A stretch of DNA of 64,000 bases from Paraspadella gotoi (taxonomy: Eukaryota; Animalia; Chaetognatha): the NCBI GenBank assembly GCA_051294375.1, contig CM119268.1, positions 2,478,063-2,542,062 on the forward strand, in the 5' to 3' direction. The number at the start of each line of letters is the position of its first letter. Positions within the stretch are counted from its first letter, which is position 1. Positions 1 to 11,531 of this stretch are shown piece by piece. The notes beneath the pieces are model-generated. The model was not told the DNA's origin. It did no database searches and saw nothing but the letters and a program-made list of their open reading frames with translations. The translations under genes were made by a program, and so were the position numbers.

Positions 1-1923
1 AGGGCGCCGGGGGCGGGGAGGAGCAAAGTGACATGGCGCGATTTGTTGAGTCAAATCGTAGGACGAACGAAAGCACGGCAGAATGAGAAATAACGTAGTA
101 ATAAAAACTAGTACAGCCTATAATTTTGAATCGTAAAAATTTCAATACATGCATTTTTTTTGTGTGTGAACGGCTATTAAATTTTCTGTTTCAACAATTT
201 ATTGTTAAGGAATAAAATACACTAAAAAAACAAGCAATTGCTCTATAAAAATAGTATAAATTTTATTTTAAAATTCAAAGTTTTTTTAATTCGCCCCTAA
301 AAATAAAATATTAAGAGATAAAAAAGTACATAAAACATTCTCCATCACACCGAACCTCCCCCCCTAACATTGATTTTTCGCGACTCGTAATTGCGCACTG
401 TACTCCGTGAACGTCGTCCATTTCACTTTCAGTTCCCCGCGGATTCCGCTATTTTTTCTCAAGAGAGAGAGAGTGGGGGAGAGAGAGAGAGAGAGAGAGA
501 GTGAGAGAGAGAGAGAGAGAGTTTGAGGATGGTAAAAAAAATAGGAAGTGAAGTAGAAGGGAGAATAAAAATGACAATGAAAAAAAAGGAGGAAGGTGAC
601 AAGAAAAAGAAGAGAAAATGTGAAGAGAGAAGAAAGAAGAACGAAGTTGACCTGGAAAAAGAAAAGGAAAAGAAACAAGAAAAAGAAAGGAAAAGAAAAA
701 GAAGAGAAAATGTGAAGAGAGAAGAACGAAGAAAGAACTTTACCTGGAAAAAGAAAAGGAAAAGAAAAAGAAAAAGAAAGGAAAAGAAAAAGAAGAGAAA
801 ATGTGAAGAGAGAAGAAAGAAGAAAGAAGTTGACCTGGAAAAAGAAAGAAGAAAAAAAAAGAAAAAAAGAAAAGGAATATAAAATGGAAGCGATCATTTT
901 AAGTTTTGGCCATTTTATCAGTTAATCATTTTGGCCATTTCGCAATTTCCTCTTTTGGCCATTTTTGTCTTTTTGGCCACCCTGCAATTTTATCCTTTCT
1001 AGCCATTATGTCATTTAAAATTTTTTTGGCCATTTAGCCAGTTCATCATTTTGGCCATTTCGCCATTTCCCCTTTTGGGTCTTTGACCTTTGACCTTTTC
1101 GCCATTATAAATTTTTTATCCTTCATGTCATTCTGTCGTGTTAATTTTTTTGACCTTTTTTGCCATTTTGCCATTTTACCATTTTAGTCCAATTGCCATT
1201 TCGCGATTTCACCACTCAGCCATTTTTTTTTGCCAAAAATCCTCGGTTATAATTCGATCAAATTTTCAGCGTGAATCGGCTTCAGGGCCGAAGAGGAAAG
1301 TTGTGAAAAGAAGTGAGTTGGAGCGAGGGTGGTGAAGGATTGGAGAGAGAGAGAGAGAGAAGAGAATTGAACAGAAGAGAGAGGGTTTGAGAGAAGAGAG
1401 AGAAAGAGAATAGAGAGAAGTGCAGGAAGGAGGAAGAAGAGAAGAGAGAGAGGAGAGTGAGGACGGGAGAGGGAGGGGTGTGAGGAGAAAGGAGGGAGGA
1501 GGAGGAAGGGAGGACGAGAGAGGGAGGGAGGAGAAAAGAATGTGAGAGAGAGGAGGGAGAGGAGAGAGGGGAAGAAGGAGGTGAGGTGAGAGAGCATAAT
1601 GAAGAGGTGAGGGGAGGGGAGAGTGAGAGAGGGGAGAGAAGAGGAGAGAGAGAGAAGGAGAGAGAGAGAGAGAGAGAGAACGAGATGAGAGAGAGAGAGA
1701 GAGAGAAGTGAGAGAGAGAGAGAGAGATAGAGAAGAGAGGAATGGAGAGAGAGAGATGAAGAGAAGAAAGAGAGAGAGAGAGAGAAGACGAGAGAGAGAT
1801 GAGAGAGGAAGACGAGAGAAGAGGAAGAGAGAGGAGAGAGAGCAGAGAGAGAGAAAGAGAGAGAGAGAGATGAGAAGAGAGAAGAGAGAAGAGAGCAGAG
1901 AGAGAGAGGAGAGAGAGAGAGAG

Positions 1924-1958
<35 letters not shown>

Positions 1959-2522
1959 ATGGGCAGGTTTCCTCAAAAATCCCGCAGCGAATCGGAACTC
2001 AATTTTCGAAAACGAAGAAAAAAAAACTCAAAAAATTTAAATTAATAAAAGAAAAAATGAATAAGTGAAGAAAAAAAAAGAAATAAACCGTGATGGGAAA
2101 CTGGTGCCTCGACAATCAACGCGATTGCATAAGAAGTTAAACGACGCCAACCAACGGCAACCAACGGCAACCAACGGCAACCAACGGCGACAAAACGATG
2201 CGGAGGCAAACATATCTGCAACGGATTTCGATAGGCAAGTCATTGCGTCGTCTGATTTCGAGCATCGAACCCGGATCGCGTAGGACCTTGCCTTCTGTGT
2301 CATCGAAAAGTAACATTGGAAAAGTATTGAATGCTATCTGCAAGCTCTTCGACGCCTCGGACATTGACGCTTTATTTAGCAGCAAAAAAGAAATTAATAT
2401 ATTCAATAATCAATATTTAGTCGTTGAATTAGAATGAATCACAATTTTTCCCCCCGAGAATATTATGCCAAAGAATCGGACTTTATATCCGAGAAATGAA
2501 GTGAGAAGAGAGAAGAGGCGAG

Positions 2523-2603
<81 letters not shown>

Positions 2604-2666
2604 AAGGCGGTTTTATTCCCCCGTTTGCCTTTTCTAATTAACAAATGATTCTTTTTGATTCTGGGT

Positions 2667-2706
<40 letters not shown>

Positions 2707-2749
2707 TTCGGATGTTAATTCATCTCTCCGCTCTCCGCCTTTGGAGGAA

Positions 2750-2880
2750 CCGGATGTGGAACGGTCACGTGATCGCGTGACTGCTTCCTTAGTTTCTCCC
2801 CGGATGAAAGCGTCTGGACCCGGAAATAACATGAAACGTCAGTAAAGCATCCGCCCCGGATGTAACTCGAAACGTCATTA
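2750..2880. promoter_or_regulatory. Putative promoter-like motif cluster (ETS-type CCGGAW sites, E-box, CRE half-sites)
   Basis: CCGGATGT (2750, 2856), CCGGATGA (2800), CCGGAAAT (2820), CACGTG (2766) and two AAACGTCA within 130 bp of a CpG-rich island. Motif-only evidence. Confidence 0.35.
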
Positions 2881-3227
2881 TTGCCGATTGAGGACGAGTT
2901 TTATTTTACAAAAAAAAACCAAACTATTCCATCTTCAGTGAAAATTCACCCCCTCCTCCTCATCCTCCTCCTCCTCCTCCTCCCGTTTCATTCAGCAAAT
3001 CCTGACCCAGTGACCACATCTGACCCACCCTGCACCTTGTGGGTCCACCACCCCCTTCCTCCTCGCCCTTACAGCCGCCCCCCTACATTTTTTGAGGGGG
3101 AGTCAGAATTCTCAACTTTTCTCTTTGCTTCATCGAAAGAAACTTCATTCGTCTCGTGGCCTTTTTCTATTCACGGCCCTGGGCTTTCTATTCGTGGCCC
3201 TGGGCTTTCTATTCATAGCTCTTGGTT

Positions 3228-3390
3228 CTCTCTATTCAATTGAGATGGTCTCTCTATTCAATCGAGATGGTCTCTCTATTCAATCGAGATGGTCTCTCTA
3301 TTCAATCGAGATGGTCTCTCTATTCAATCGAGATGGTCTCTCTATTCAATCGAGATGGTCTCTCTATTCAATCGAGATGGTCTCTCTATT
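3228..3390 (+). repeat. 22 bp tandem minisatellite (TCTCTATTCAATCGAGATGGTC)n, about 7 copies
   Basis: Near-perfect repeats are directly visible. The same unit recurs at 11532-11676. Confidence 0.95.
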
Positions 3391-3589
3391 ATTCATTTTT
3401 TTCTCAAGATTTTCTTTCCTTCACCTTTTTCTTTCTTTTTTTCTCCTTTTTCTTTTTTTTTCTCCTTTTTATTGTAGTTGTGGTCGTTTTGATGGTTAAG
3501 TTATAAGTTGTGGTTGTGGTAATTTTTATTACTGAACTAGTTATGGTTGTTGCAGAATGCATTATATTTAATATAACAAGACAAAAGCC

Positions 3590-3900
3590 AAATTGTTAAG
3601 TGAAACTTGATTTTTGTTTTTCCATTTAAACTTATTTCCACGTTTACATCAAAACTTAATTTGCTGGTCGATAAGCCACTTTTTGGCCTACACACAAAAT
3701 TTTAGGTCAATCGCTCAATCCACTCACAAGTAATTGGCATTCAAAGCTAAAGGGAAACGGACGGACGGACAGACAGACACGGACAGACATTAATTGTTAT
3801 ACATAATTTTTCATAATTCGATATTTTGAGATGATCTAAGTGATTTACCGACGCGATTGTGGGATGAGAATGACGGACCAACATAGTCTTATATAGCAAT
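3590..3900 (+). mobile_element. Possible Helentron-associated (DINE-1/HINE-like) non-autonomous element remnant
   Basis: GGACGGACGGACAGACAGACACGGACAGAC microsatellite (about 3758-3789) preceded by 'acaaaattttaggtcaatcgctcaatccactcacaagtaatt', a layout I associate with DINE-1-like elements. Boundaries not defined. Confidence 0.35.
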
Positions 3901-4884
3901 AAGAAGATCTGGATAAAATAACTGATTTTTGTTTCTGTCTGAATGCGAAGATGATTAAATGCCTTGCATAATTTAACTCGCGGAAAATATTTTCTTTCAC
4001 CAAACAAGTTTGAGCAAACGATTGTTAATTGTTGTTGTAATTGAGTTATTGCAGCTTGCAATGCTTGCGTTTACATTGAAAATAAAAGGAAAAAAGAATA
4101 ATCAAAGTGTGAAACGGTTTTTTTCTATTTAAACTTGAACGATTCCATCAAATCCATTATGGAACCTTTCCTATGAGTAGCATGAAGACGACCGTAAACC
4201 GGAAAAGGAAAAATGAAAATGTAAAAAATTGCATTATTAAAAATATCCTGTTCTAAGGTTTAAGTCTCTTTACAAAGGGCATTATCAAAATCACTGATAT
4301 AAATATAAAAACAGGTGGAAACAAAGACTGAATGGAAATATAAGAAAGAAAAAGAAGAAAACTTTCCCCCTTCGCCAACATCGATTGACATCAATTACAA
4401 ACTCCTACACGCGGCGTTGTCGGCGTCGTTTTCATTTTCAAAGGCGGCGTTGTCGGCGTCGTTTTCATTTTCAAAGGCGCTGCGAGAACTTCGACATGGC
4501 GGCGCCTTTCTCTCCGAGCAGAAGAAGTGAGAGAGTGATAGGGGAATTGAAAAGGGATGTGTAATTGCAATACTACGATACAGCATTAAATGTAGACAAT
4601 AACTATGCAAAAACAATTTAAAACTCCTTTGTAATAGAACATGGAAAAAGTAAATAAAAACAGTAACATTCCAAAAGTTATTTTAAGCTGAAAATTCAAC
4701 TCAATATTTGTTTTTTTAGGTCCCTAGCAATTCTGCCAACTTTTTTTATAGTATTCAATCTTTGCTCTTTGATATCAGGACTTTTAAAGCAGTTGTCATA
4801 AATTGGCGAAGTCATTGAAATAATTATGGAGTTATAGGTAAGTGAATGTAAACAAACGGCGATACTAAAGTCTTTAGGCATTTT

Positions 4885-6750
4885 TCAAATAACTGCAATT
4901 TGAACAAAAAGAAGCGTTAATATCAGGGGGTTAAAATTTTTGCAGCAGTGAATAAGGATTTTGGATAAAAGCTCGTCAAACATCCTTGGAAAATGAGGAA
5001 TTGATTGTTCGTGAAAATTCTTTTCCATTTTTCCCAAAGGACCTAAATCAGTGATGTTGTTTCTCGACTGCCAATAAATACAAATATCCCCATGTACTTT
5101 CAACTGTCTAGCAATAAAGTATAAAGGGTGAATCATTTCAGATTTAGTTTCAGTACTCATTATTTCTTTTTTAATGATAGGGTTGAATTCAGACACTGAG
5201 TACTTTGAATTGATATGAGTTACCGTATAGGACATTAAAAGAAAGGAAAAAGCTCCAAATATGAAAAATAATTTTGTAAAAAAATGTTTTAGTTTATGTT
5301 TGCATCTTTGTATGATTTTCATAGATATCAAAACAGATAAAACAATGAAGTAAAAAATATAGCTTTGAAAAAAAACAAAATTCAGTATTTTTTTAACCAC
5401 TTTTTCTATTTTAGGAAGTTCATTCATTTTGGCAACAGAAGATATATTACATAAATTCATTAGTTTATGAATAATTTCTTTTTTAAATTGTTGCCTCCAA
5501 CTTTTTAAGTTGACAATGACTAACAAGGAAACAAAAAGCATGTTAAAAAAAACCGTGATCTTAATCAGACTTTTTTTTAGGAATTTTTTCAATGTTTGGA
5601 ACATTAAGATAAAAGTCACTGTAATAAATACAGTCTGAATTGATCCTCTATATATATTAATATGTTTACGAGATTCTAAATAACTTTTTTCAATCAAATT
5701 ATAATCTAGCTTAGAATGCTCAAAATTTTCTTTATTTATGAGATATTTTGAGTTTGCATGCTTCATATACTTAGCAAATTCACTCGGCATTGTTCTAGAA
5801 TAAATATGAGAAATATTGATATGACGAATAAAATAATACAAATTAAAATAAAGTAAGGTTGCCATTGTACACTGGGATATAACCGTACAAAATAAATCTA
5901 TCGCACTGTTTTGTAAGAAAAAAAAAGTTATAAGGTAAAACAAACCTAATAGAATATCTGACAAAATGAGGAAAATTTTTGTGGCGTAATCTGGCTTTAG
6001 AACTAAGTAGTTTCCCAGCATATGATCAAGCTCAAAAAATGCTACTTTTGTTTCTGGCCGGTTTCCAAATGTTTCTTTAATTATTTCGGAACAGTTTGTT
6101 AATATTTCAATATTAAAAGCTTTCAATATTACAGTAACATCCTTCCATTTAATCTGATCAATAATTCCGCCAAGAGTTGAGCACCAGCCGAATTCAAGCA
6201 TATATAATCGCCACACTGGCACTTTATCACTTTTTAAAAAAGACAATCCCCAATTTTCATGTTCATTCAGAAGAGTCTGACGAATGTAATCGTGTTCTTC
6301 AATCATAAAAATTAGTGACATCAATGTTATATTAATCATTAAAGATATTGTCAACTGGAAATTTTTTATAATACCTTGCTTATGTAATGGTTTATTTTTT
6401 AACACAGCCAAAACGATTTGTTTAATTTCTCCTGTTGTAAAAACTCGTAATATGATAAGCGGTGATAAAAATATCAACCAAATAGAAAGATTAAGCACAT
6501 TTACAAAAAGCAAATACAAGAAAATTAGTAGACCAATAACATTTTGAAAGAAGCCCAGTGTGCAGTGCAAAAGTTTGATCTGTTTTGCTATGGTAATAAA
6601 TCCAGTTCTTACTTTCAAGTTATGGGAATAACGAAATGCAATGGCAGCTTTCGCCAGACTAACTGTAGATAATGCCATCGAAAACAAAGTGAAATAGTCA
6701 GTAATAGACCAAAAGCACCATAATTTGATAACATTTAATTCCGTGTTCAA
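4885..6750 (-). CDS. C-terminal portion of the XK-related multipass membrane protein (621-aa open frame)
   Basis: Long open frame in about 28-30% GC DNA (estimated by eye) with many hydrophobic segments separated by soluble loops. The listed start is TTG, not a true ATG. Confidence 0.75.
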   Translation of the reverse strand: MNTELNVIKLWCFWSITDYFTLFSMALSTVSLAKAAIAFRYSHNLKVRTGFITIAKQIKLLHCTLGFFQNVIGLLIFLYLLFVNVLNLSIWLIFLSPLIILRVFTTGEIKQIVLAVLKNKPLHKQGIIKNFQLTISLMINITLMSLIFMIEEHDYIRQTLLNEHENWGLSFLKSDKVPVWRLYMLEFGWCSTLGGIIDQIKWKDVTVILKAFNIEILTNCSEIIKETFGNRPETKVAFFELDHMLGNYLVLKPDYATKIFLILSDILLGLFYLITFFFLQNSAIDLFCTVISQCTMATLLYFNLYYFIRHINISHIYSRTMPSEFAKYMKHANSKYLINKENFEHSKLDYNLIEKSYLESRKHINIYRGSIQTVFITVTFILMFQTLKKFLKKSLIKITVFFNMLFVSLLVIVNLKSWRQQFKKEIIHKLMNLCNISSVAKMNELPKIEKVVKKILNFVFFQSYIFYFIVLSVLISMKIIQRCKHKLKHFFTKLFFIFGAFSFLLMSYTVTHINSKYSVSEFNPIIKKEIMSTETKSEMIHPLYFIARQLKVHGDICIYWQSRNNITDLGPLGKMEKNFHEQSIPHFPRMFDELLSKILIHCCKNFNPLILTLLFVQIAVI

Positions 6751-7023
6751 TTTGAAGTTGTTTTTGTATATTGTTTGCCTAATGGTTAAAGGGATGTGCA
6801 GCTAGTTTTTAAAACACTCAAATACAATATTTTTTTCTACAATGTAATCGTGGTTCTTGAAAAAAAATTAAACTAATTAAATGTTTTCCTTCACAAGAAT
6901 GCACAGTACAAATAAATACATGCAATTGCCAGTTAATTTAAAATTTATAGCTCTTTTGATAACCAAATTTATACTGCTGTTTGAAATGATCTGTGGTAAA
7001 AATGACTAATACACAAGCCTCAT

Positions 7024-9930
7024 CACGGTTCCTTTTTACATCGATTTACTCGCAGAGTCACAAGATATGAGAGATGCCCGGCTAACCCTTCCGACCTGGC
7101 CTACACAAAAAAAGGGTAATCAAAATTTTCCTAATACAGTTTTATAAATTAAATTAAACAGTCTATTTATAAAATCAATAAATAATTATATAAAAAAATT
7201 TTAAATGGTTTTAAATTTTTTTAAAAATAAAATATCATGCATCATCAATAAATCTATGAACAATTTCTTTCGAGTCCTAAACCATTATTCTATCTTTAAT
7301 AGTTTATTCTTAATAATTTTTCTTTATTAAAATATTATTTTAATTTTTTTCAAATAATTTAAATTAAAAAAAATTTATAACTATCCAAATGATGTAGAAA
7401 AATTTATATTATAAGGACTTACCTACCTAAATAGCCTTCAAATACATATATAGTAAGTTATTATAATGATGTTATTTACATAGAAAATAAATAATTTATT
7501 AAATTAAATATATGAAAAAAATTTTAACTTTTAATTTTTTTTTAGCATAATAAACATAATATTAATTAATTGTTCATGATGCTTTTAATAGCTTCTGTCA
7601 GTTGTATCATTCTCAATTATAATAATTTTTATAACTTTTTTTATTTTAGTAATACTGACTGCTATATTTACTTACTTTTGACAAAATCCAAAAATTACTG
7701 GTATAAAAATTATGTATGAAACAGACGAAAATTTTTTTTAAATCACATGCTTTTAATTGTTTGAAACTGATATAATATTCCTTGGACAAAATTTAAAAAC
7801 AATCCCAACTAGACATTTTTAAGGTTGTCAAATGTATAAATATTTGATATTCGGACTGCTTTGTATTTTAACCTAATTCAGTAGCCTCTTTTAATATGAC
7901 AGAAAAGCAGTAATATTTAACAGTTTTTTATTTGGAGTGGGCATCAAAGTTCTAAAACATATTAACATCAGCTATATTGTTAAGTATAGTAGATTCCTCT
8001 ATAGATTTTTTAATTTTTGAAAACGTTTTACTTTTTTTTCTATAATTTTTTTTGACACGCAAAACGTTTTTTTGATTACGCGAAAGAGAATGTAAAAATT
8101 AAAAATAAATAGTACCAATAGTTAGATTTATGTCTAGAATAGATGAAAAAAAAACCTTGTTTAAAAATTTGATCGGAAGTGGGGTAACTAAGGCTTACCA
8201 ACGTATCCTCCATGCTGATCGTTCTCTCCTATATTTTTTAATTAATACATTGAAAGGGAAAAAAAGAAAATCAGAATTCAGTGGCATAAAGGTAAGAGAA
8301 AATCTTACATATGACATGATAATAATGACCTTTTTAGTCTTGCGTAATGGGGCAGTAAAGAAACCTTAAAAAATGCAATCATTAAGTCAGTCAATGAACC
8401 CTTTTCGCGAATTTTTTTTTCTTAATTAAAATGGATGATAATAATAGAATTAAATTCTCCTTATAAAAGTTTTTTATTAAAAGAAAATTATCAATTACAA
8501 TTCAACACAATGATGTCTTGCTTGTCAAATATGTCAGCAGTCTAAGTAATTTTTAAAAATATTTATTATGATAAAACAAGCAGTATATCAAGCTTTTCTC
8601 TTGCAGTAAAGATAATGAAAAAATGATTATTTTTTTTCACAGACAAGAAGGTAGACGTCCAGACTGTTTATATCAAGCTGAAAACATTTATTATTTATCA
8701 TTTTTTATATTTAAAAAAACATTTATCAGCTACTACAAATTTTTTGCTGTTTTTACTTTAACTGAAAAATACAAGCAAATTTATAAGATAGGAAAATTTA
8801 ATGGTAATTAAAATGTAATTCAGACTTTCCTCTTTTATTTACAAAAGAAAAACAAAAAAAGTTTAGTACCTTCATTGAAATTGTAATGCAAAAAATGTTA
8901 TACTTTTAACTCGTATTAAATAAAAAACTGTGTAAAATTTATGGATAAAATTTAACAAAACTGTTCTAAGAATATGTCCCATGATTAGGGCTTTAATTGA
9001 TACCACACCCACTTTGCTACCTCTTTTTTCAAAAGATATTCAAGAAAATAACTTTTTAATTACTTTTTTGCATCTTGCAGTTTTTTTAAACAACCTAACT
9101 TTTGGCCTTAAAAATGTCTAGTTGGGATTGTTTAAAAACTTTTAAATTTTGTCCAAGGAAATTTATATCAGTTAAAACAATTAAATAGCATGTAATTTAA
9201 AAAAAAGTTTTCGTCTGTTTCATACATAATTTTTAATACCAGTAATTTTTGAGTTTGTCAAAAGTAAGTAAATATAGCAGTCAGTATTACTAAAAATAAA
9301 AAAAAGTTATAAAATTATTTATAATAGAATATACAACTGACCAGTAGCATTTAAAAGCATCATGAACAATTAATTAATAATTATGTTTATTATGCTAAAA
9401 AAAAAATTAAAGTTAAAAATTTTCATATATTTAATTTTATAAATTATTTATTTTTCTATTCAAAACATCATCATAATAATAATTACTATATATGTATTTG
9501 AAGGCCTATATTTAGGTAGTAAGTCCCTATAATATAAAATTTTTCTTCAATCATTTGGCATAGTTATAATTTTTTTTATTAAATTATTTGAAAAAAAATT
9601 AAAAATAATATTTAATAAAGAAAAATTAATTACAAATAAACTATTAAAGATAAATAATGGTTATGGACTCAAACGAAAGAAAATTGTTCATAGATTATGG
9701 ATAGCATAATTTTTATTTTTAAAAAATTTAAACCATTTTTAAATTTTTTTTATTCTACTTTATTGATTTTATATAAGCTAATTTTAATATTAAATTTATA
9801 AAAAAACTGTCATTAGGAAAAATTTGATTACCCTTTTTTTGTGTAGCTCCAAAGGTCCGAAACGTATCCCGGGACATCATCATTCTGTGCACTCCATGCG
9901 CGAGTAAATCGATGTAAAAAGGATACCGTG
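7024..9930. mobile_element. Non-autonomous DNA transposon with about 800 bp TIRs and 4 bp TSD (Chapaev/CMC-like)
   Basis: Left end CACGGTTCCTTTTTACATCGATTTACTCGC, right end GCGAGTAAATCGATGTAAAAAGGATACCGTG. Inverted similarity continues over about 7024-7824 vs 9106-9930. TCAT is duplicated at 7020-7023 and 9931-9934. CAC..GTG termini with a 4 bp TSD match the Chapaev description. No transposase ORF in the 1.3 kb interior. Confidence 0.88.
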
Positions 9931-10547
9931 TCATACCTATTGCGTATAGGGTAATGATAGCAAAAACAAACCCTTGATGTGTTAGTCAAAGATCCTTTGT
10001 AGAGTTCGTAAACCCATGCTTTTGGTTCTTTTTCAACAAGGAAACTATACAGGATATGTTTTGTATTATAAAGACATAATTCATTTGTGTCTGAAGTCCA
10101 TGATAAAATAGTTGCTCCTGTTTGAAGAACGAGTTGAGGCAAGTACTCGAGCGCTATGTTCAGGTAAAGGAGATTTTGTTCCAAAGTCGTTTTGAATTCA
10201 AGACGCAACAAATTTTCTTTTCCATCAATCAAATAAATCTGATCGAAGGTAAGATCCAATTTTAAAGGGATCATCCCTAATCCCGAGACTAAAAAAAGAA
10301 AAAAAGCTCCGACTTTCCAGGTTTGATCAAAGATTCGCTGGTAGAAACGTCGGTTTCGATTCGTGAAGACTAGGACATAAGTCGTGACGACCAAGGAGTG
10401 AAACAAAAATATGGCCAAGAGCAGCCTACCGACATGGACCATGTAGAAACGGGACATTCCTAAGAAACTGATTATGACTTTGATGTCGCTTATCACGTCA
10501 ATTGTATCCATTAGGATGACCAGAAAGTTTACCAAGACCAGATTCAT
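9931..10547 (-). CDS. N-terminal portion of the XK-related protein, truncated by transposon insertion
   Basis: ATG start, DTIDVISD and LEYLPQLVLQ motifs. The ORF tail at 9828-9930 is read-through into the transposon TIR. Confidence 0.75.
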
Positions 10548-10807
10548 TCTTTTTTAACTGTGACTTATTTAAAATTTTATTTTAAATAGTTTACATTGTT
10601 GTCAATTTAAAATGAAATTTTTTTTGTAAGCAACAGCAAGCCTTGACAATCTTGCAATCAAGTTAATAATTATTTCTGTCATAGGAAATAATTACTTACA
10701 AAAATGATAATTAATTATATAGACTGGCCCAAAGACTGGATATTATTATCCAAACAGGTTTAATATTAATGCAAATACTAAAATCAAATTTAGCTTATTC
10801 TGGTTCA

Positions 10808-11087
10808 AATGGTTTATTTCAATAAAAAACGGACATGTTTTGCCTTCATCAGCATTAAAAAAGAGTTAGTGAATTTGAAACAAATTATGTGCATAAAGAA
10901 AAGAGTGAGAGAGAGAGAGAGAGAGAGAGAGGAAACTTTGCCCATTCTCTCTCTCTTTCTCTCTCTCTCTCACTCTCTCTTTTCTTTATGCACATAATTT
11001 GTTTCAAATTCACTCACTCTTTTCTAATGCTGATGAAGGCTTGTAGTTAAGCCAAAACATGTCCGTTTTTTATTGAAATAAACCGTT
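10808..11087. repeat. About 280 bp hairpin / MITE-like inverted repeat whose inner arms are (GA)n and (CT)n
   Basis: ggtttatttcaataaaaaacggacatgttttg...tgcataaagaaaagag(ga)n pairs with (ct)n...ttttctttatgca...caaaacatgtccgttttttattgaaataaacc. Loop about 15 nt; one arm has a short insertion. No clear TSD. Confidence 0.85.
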
Positions 11088-11531
11088 GTTGAAAATTAAT
11101 TTCAAACTCTTCTATTTATTACACAACGAAACAAAAAGATTATACCACAAAGTATTAAACCATACCATACAAACAAATAATTTAAAGCATTGATAAAATT
11201 TTCAAAAATTAAATGCTAAAGACATTTGAAATAAAAATAATCAGTTTTTCTAAGTCGTGGGAGTTCTATTAATTATTATTTCTGGTGAAATAATTGTGTC
11301 GTTAAATGTTGGGGAAAACAGAGAATAATATTTTTCCTTGTCTATTAATTATAACTTTCATTATATTTTTACTTATTATTTCTCTTGTTCTCTCTCTGGA
11401 TGCAATTGGCAGCAATAGCTTAAACCGACTTGTAATTATTGTCGTCGTCTTTGTTATCGTCATTGTCGTCAATAATGCCGTTCCGCCCTCTGCAGGCAAA
11501 AGTCATCCACCCACTGACCTTGAACTAATAC

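Larger units (their letters stand above)
4696..10547 (-). pseudogene. Disrupted, apparently intronless XK-related (Xkr scramblase-like) multipass membrane protein gene, about 980 codons when reconstructed
   Basis: The 5' part has XK motifs D-x-x-S-D (DTIDVISD) and E-x-x-PQLVLQ (LEYLPQLVLQ). Removing the 7024-9930 insertion and one TCAT rejoins the frame (...RNRY-E-ACVLVIFTTDHFKQQYKFG). The 621-aa ORF begins with the expected next XK helix (FSMALSTVSLAKAAIAF). Stops and a net frameshift lie at 6751-6940. An in-frame TGA at 4885-4887 separates it from the same-frame ORF 4696-4881. Confidence 0.72.

Noticed and set aside
364-2040. Long K/R/E-rich or L/S/F-rich ORFs (also at 29.1-29.6, 33.0-33.4, 37.1-38.1, 50.8-51.7, 57.6-57.9 and 59.9-60.8 kb)
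   Set aside because: Translations of GA/CT microsatellites and purine tracts that lack stops by composition.
3228-3390. 22 bp repeat arrays (also 11532-11676) as CRISPR arrays
   Set aside because: Head-to-tail repeats with no unique spacers, no cas genes, and a eukaryotic context.
8130-8811. Short ORFs inside the long-TIR element as transposase remnants
   Set aside because: No DDE or zinc-finger motifs recognisable; lengths are compatible with chance.
4040-10670. Weak inverted similarity between 4040-4076 and 10626-10670 as TIRs around the XK-like gene
   Set aside because: Short, gapped and AT-rich with no TSD found; not distinguishable from chance by eye.
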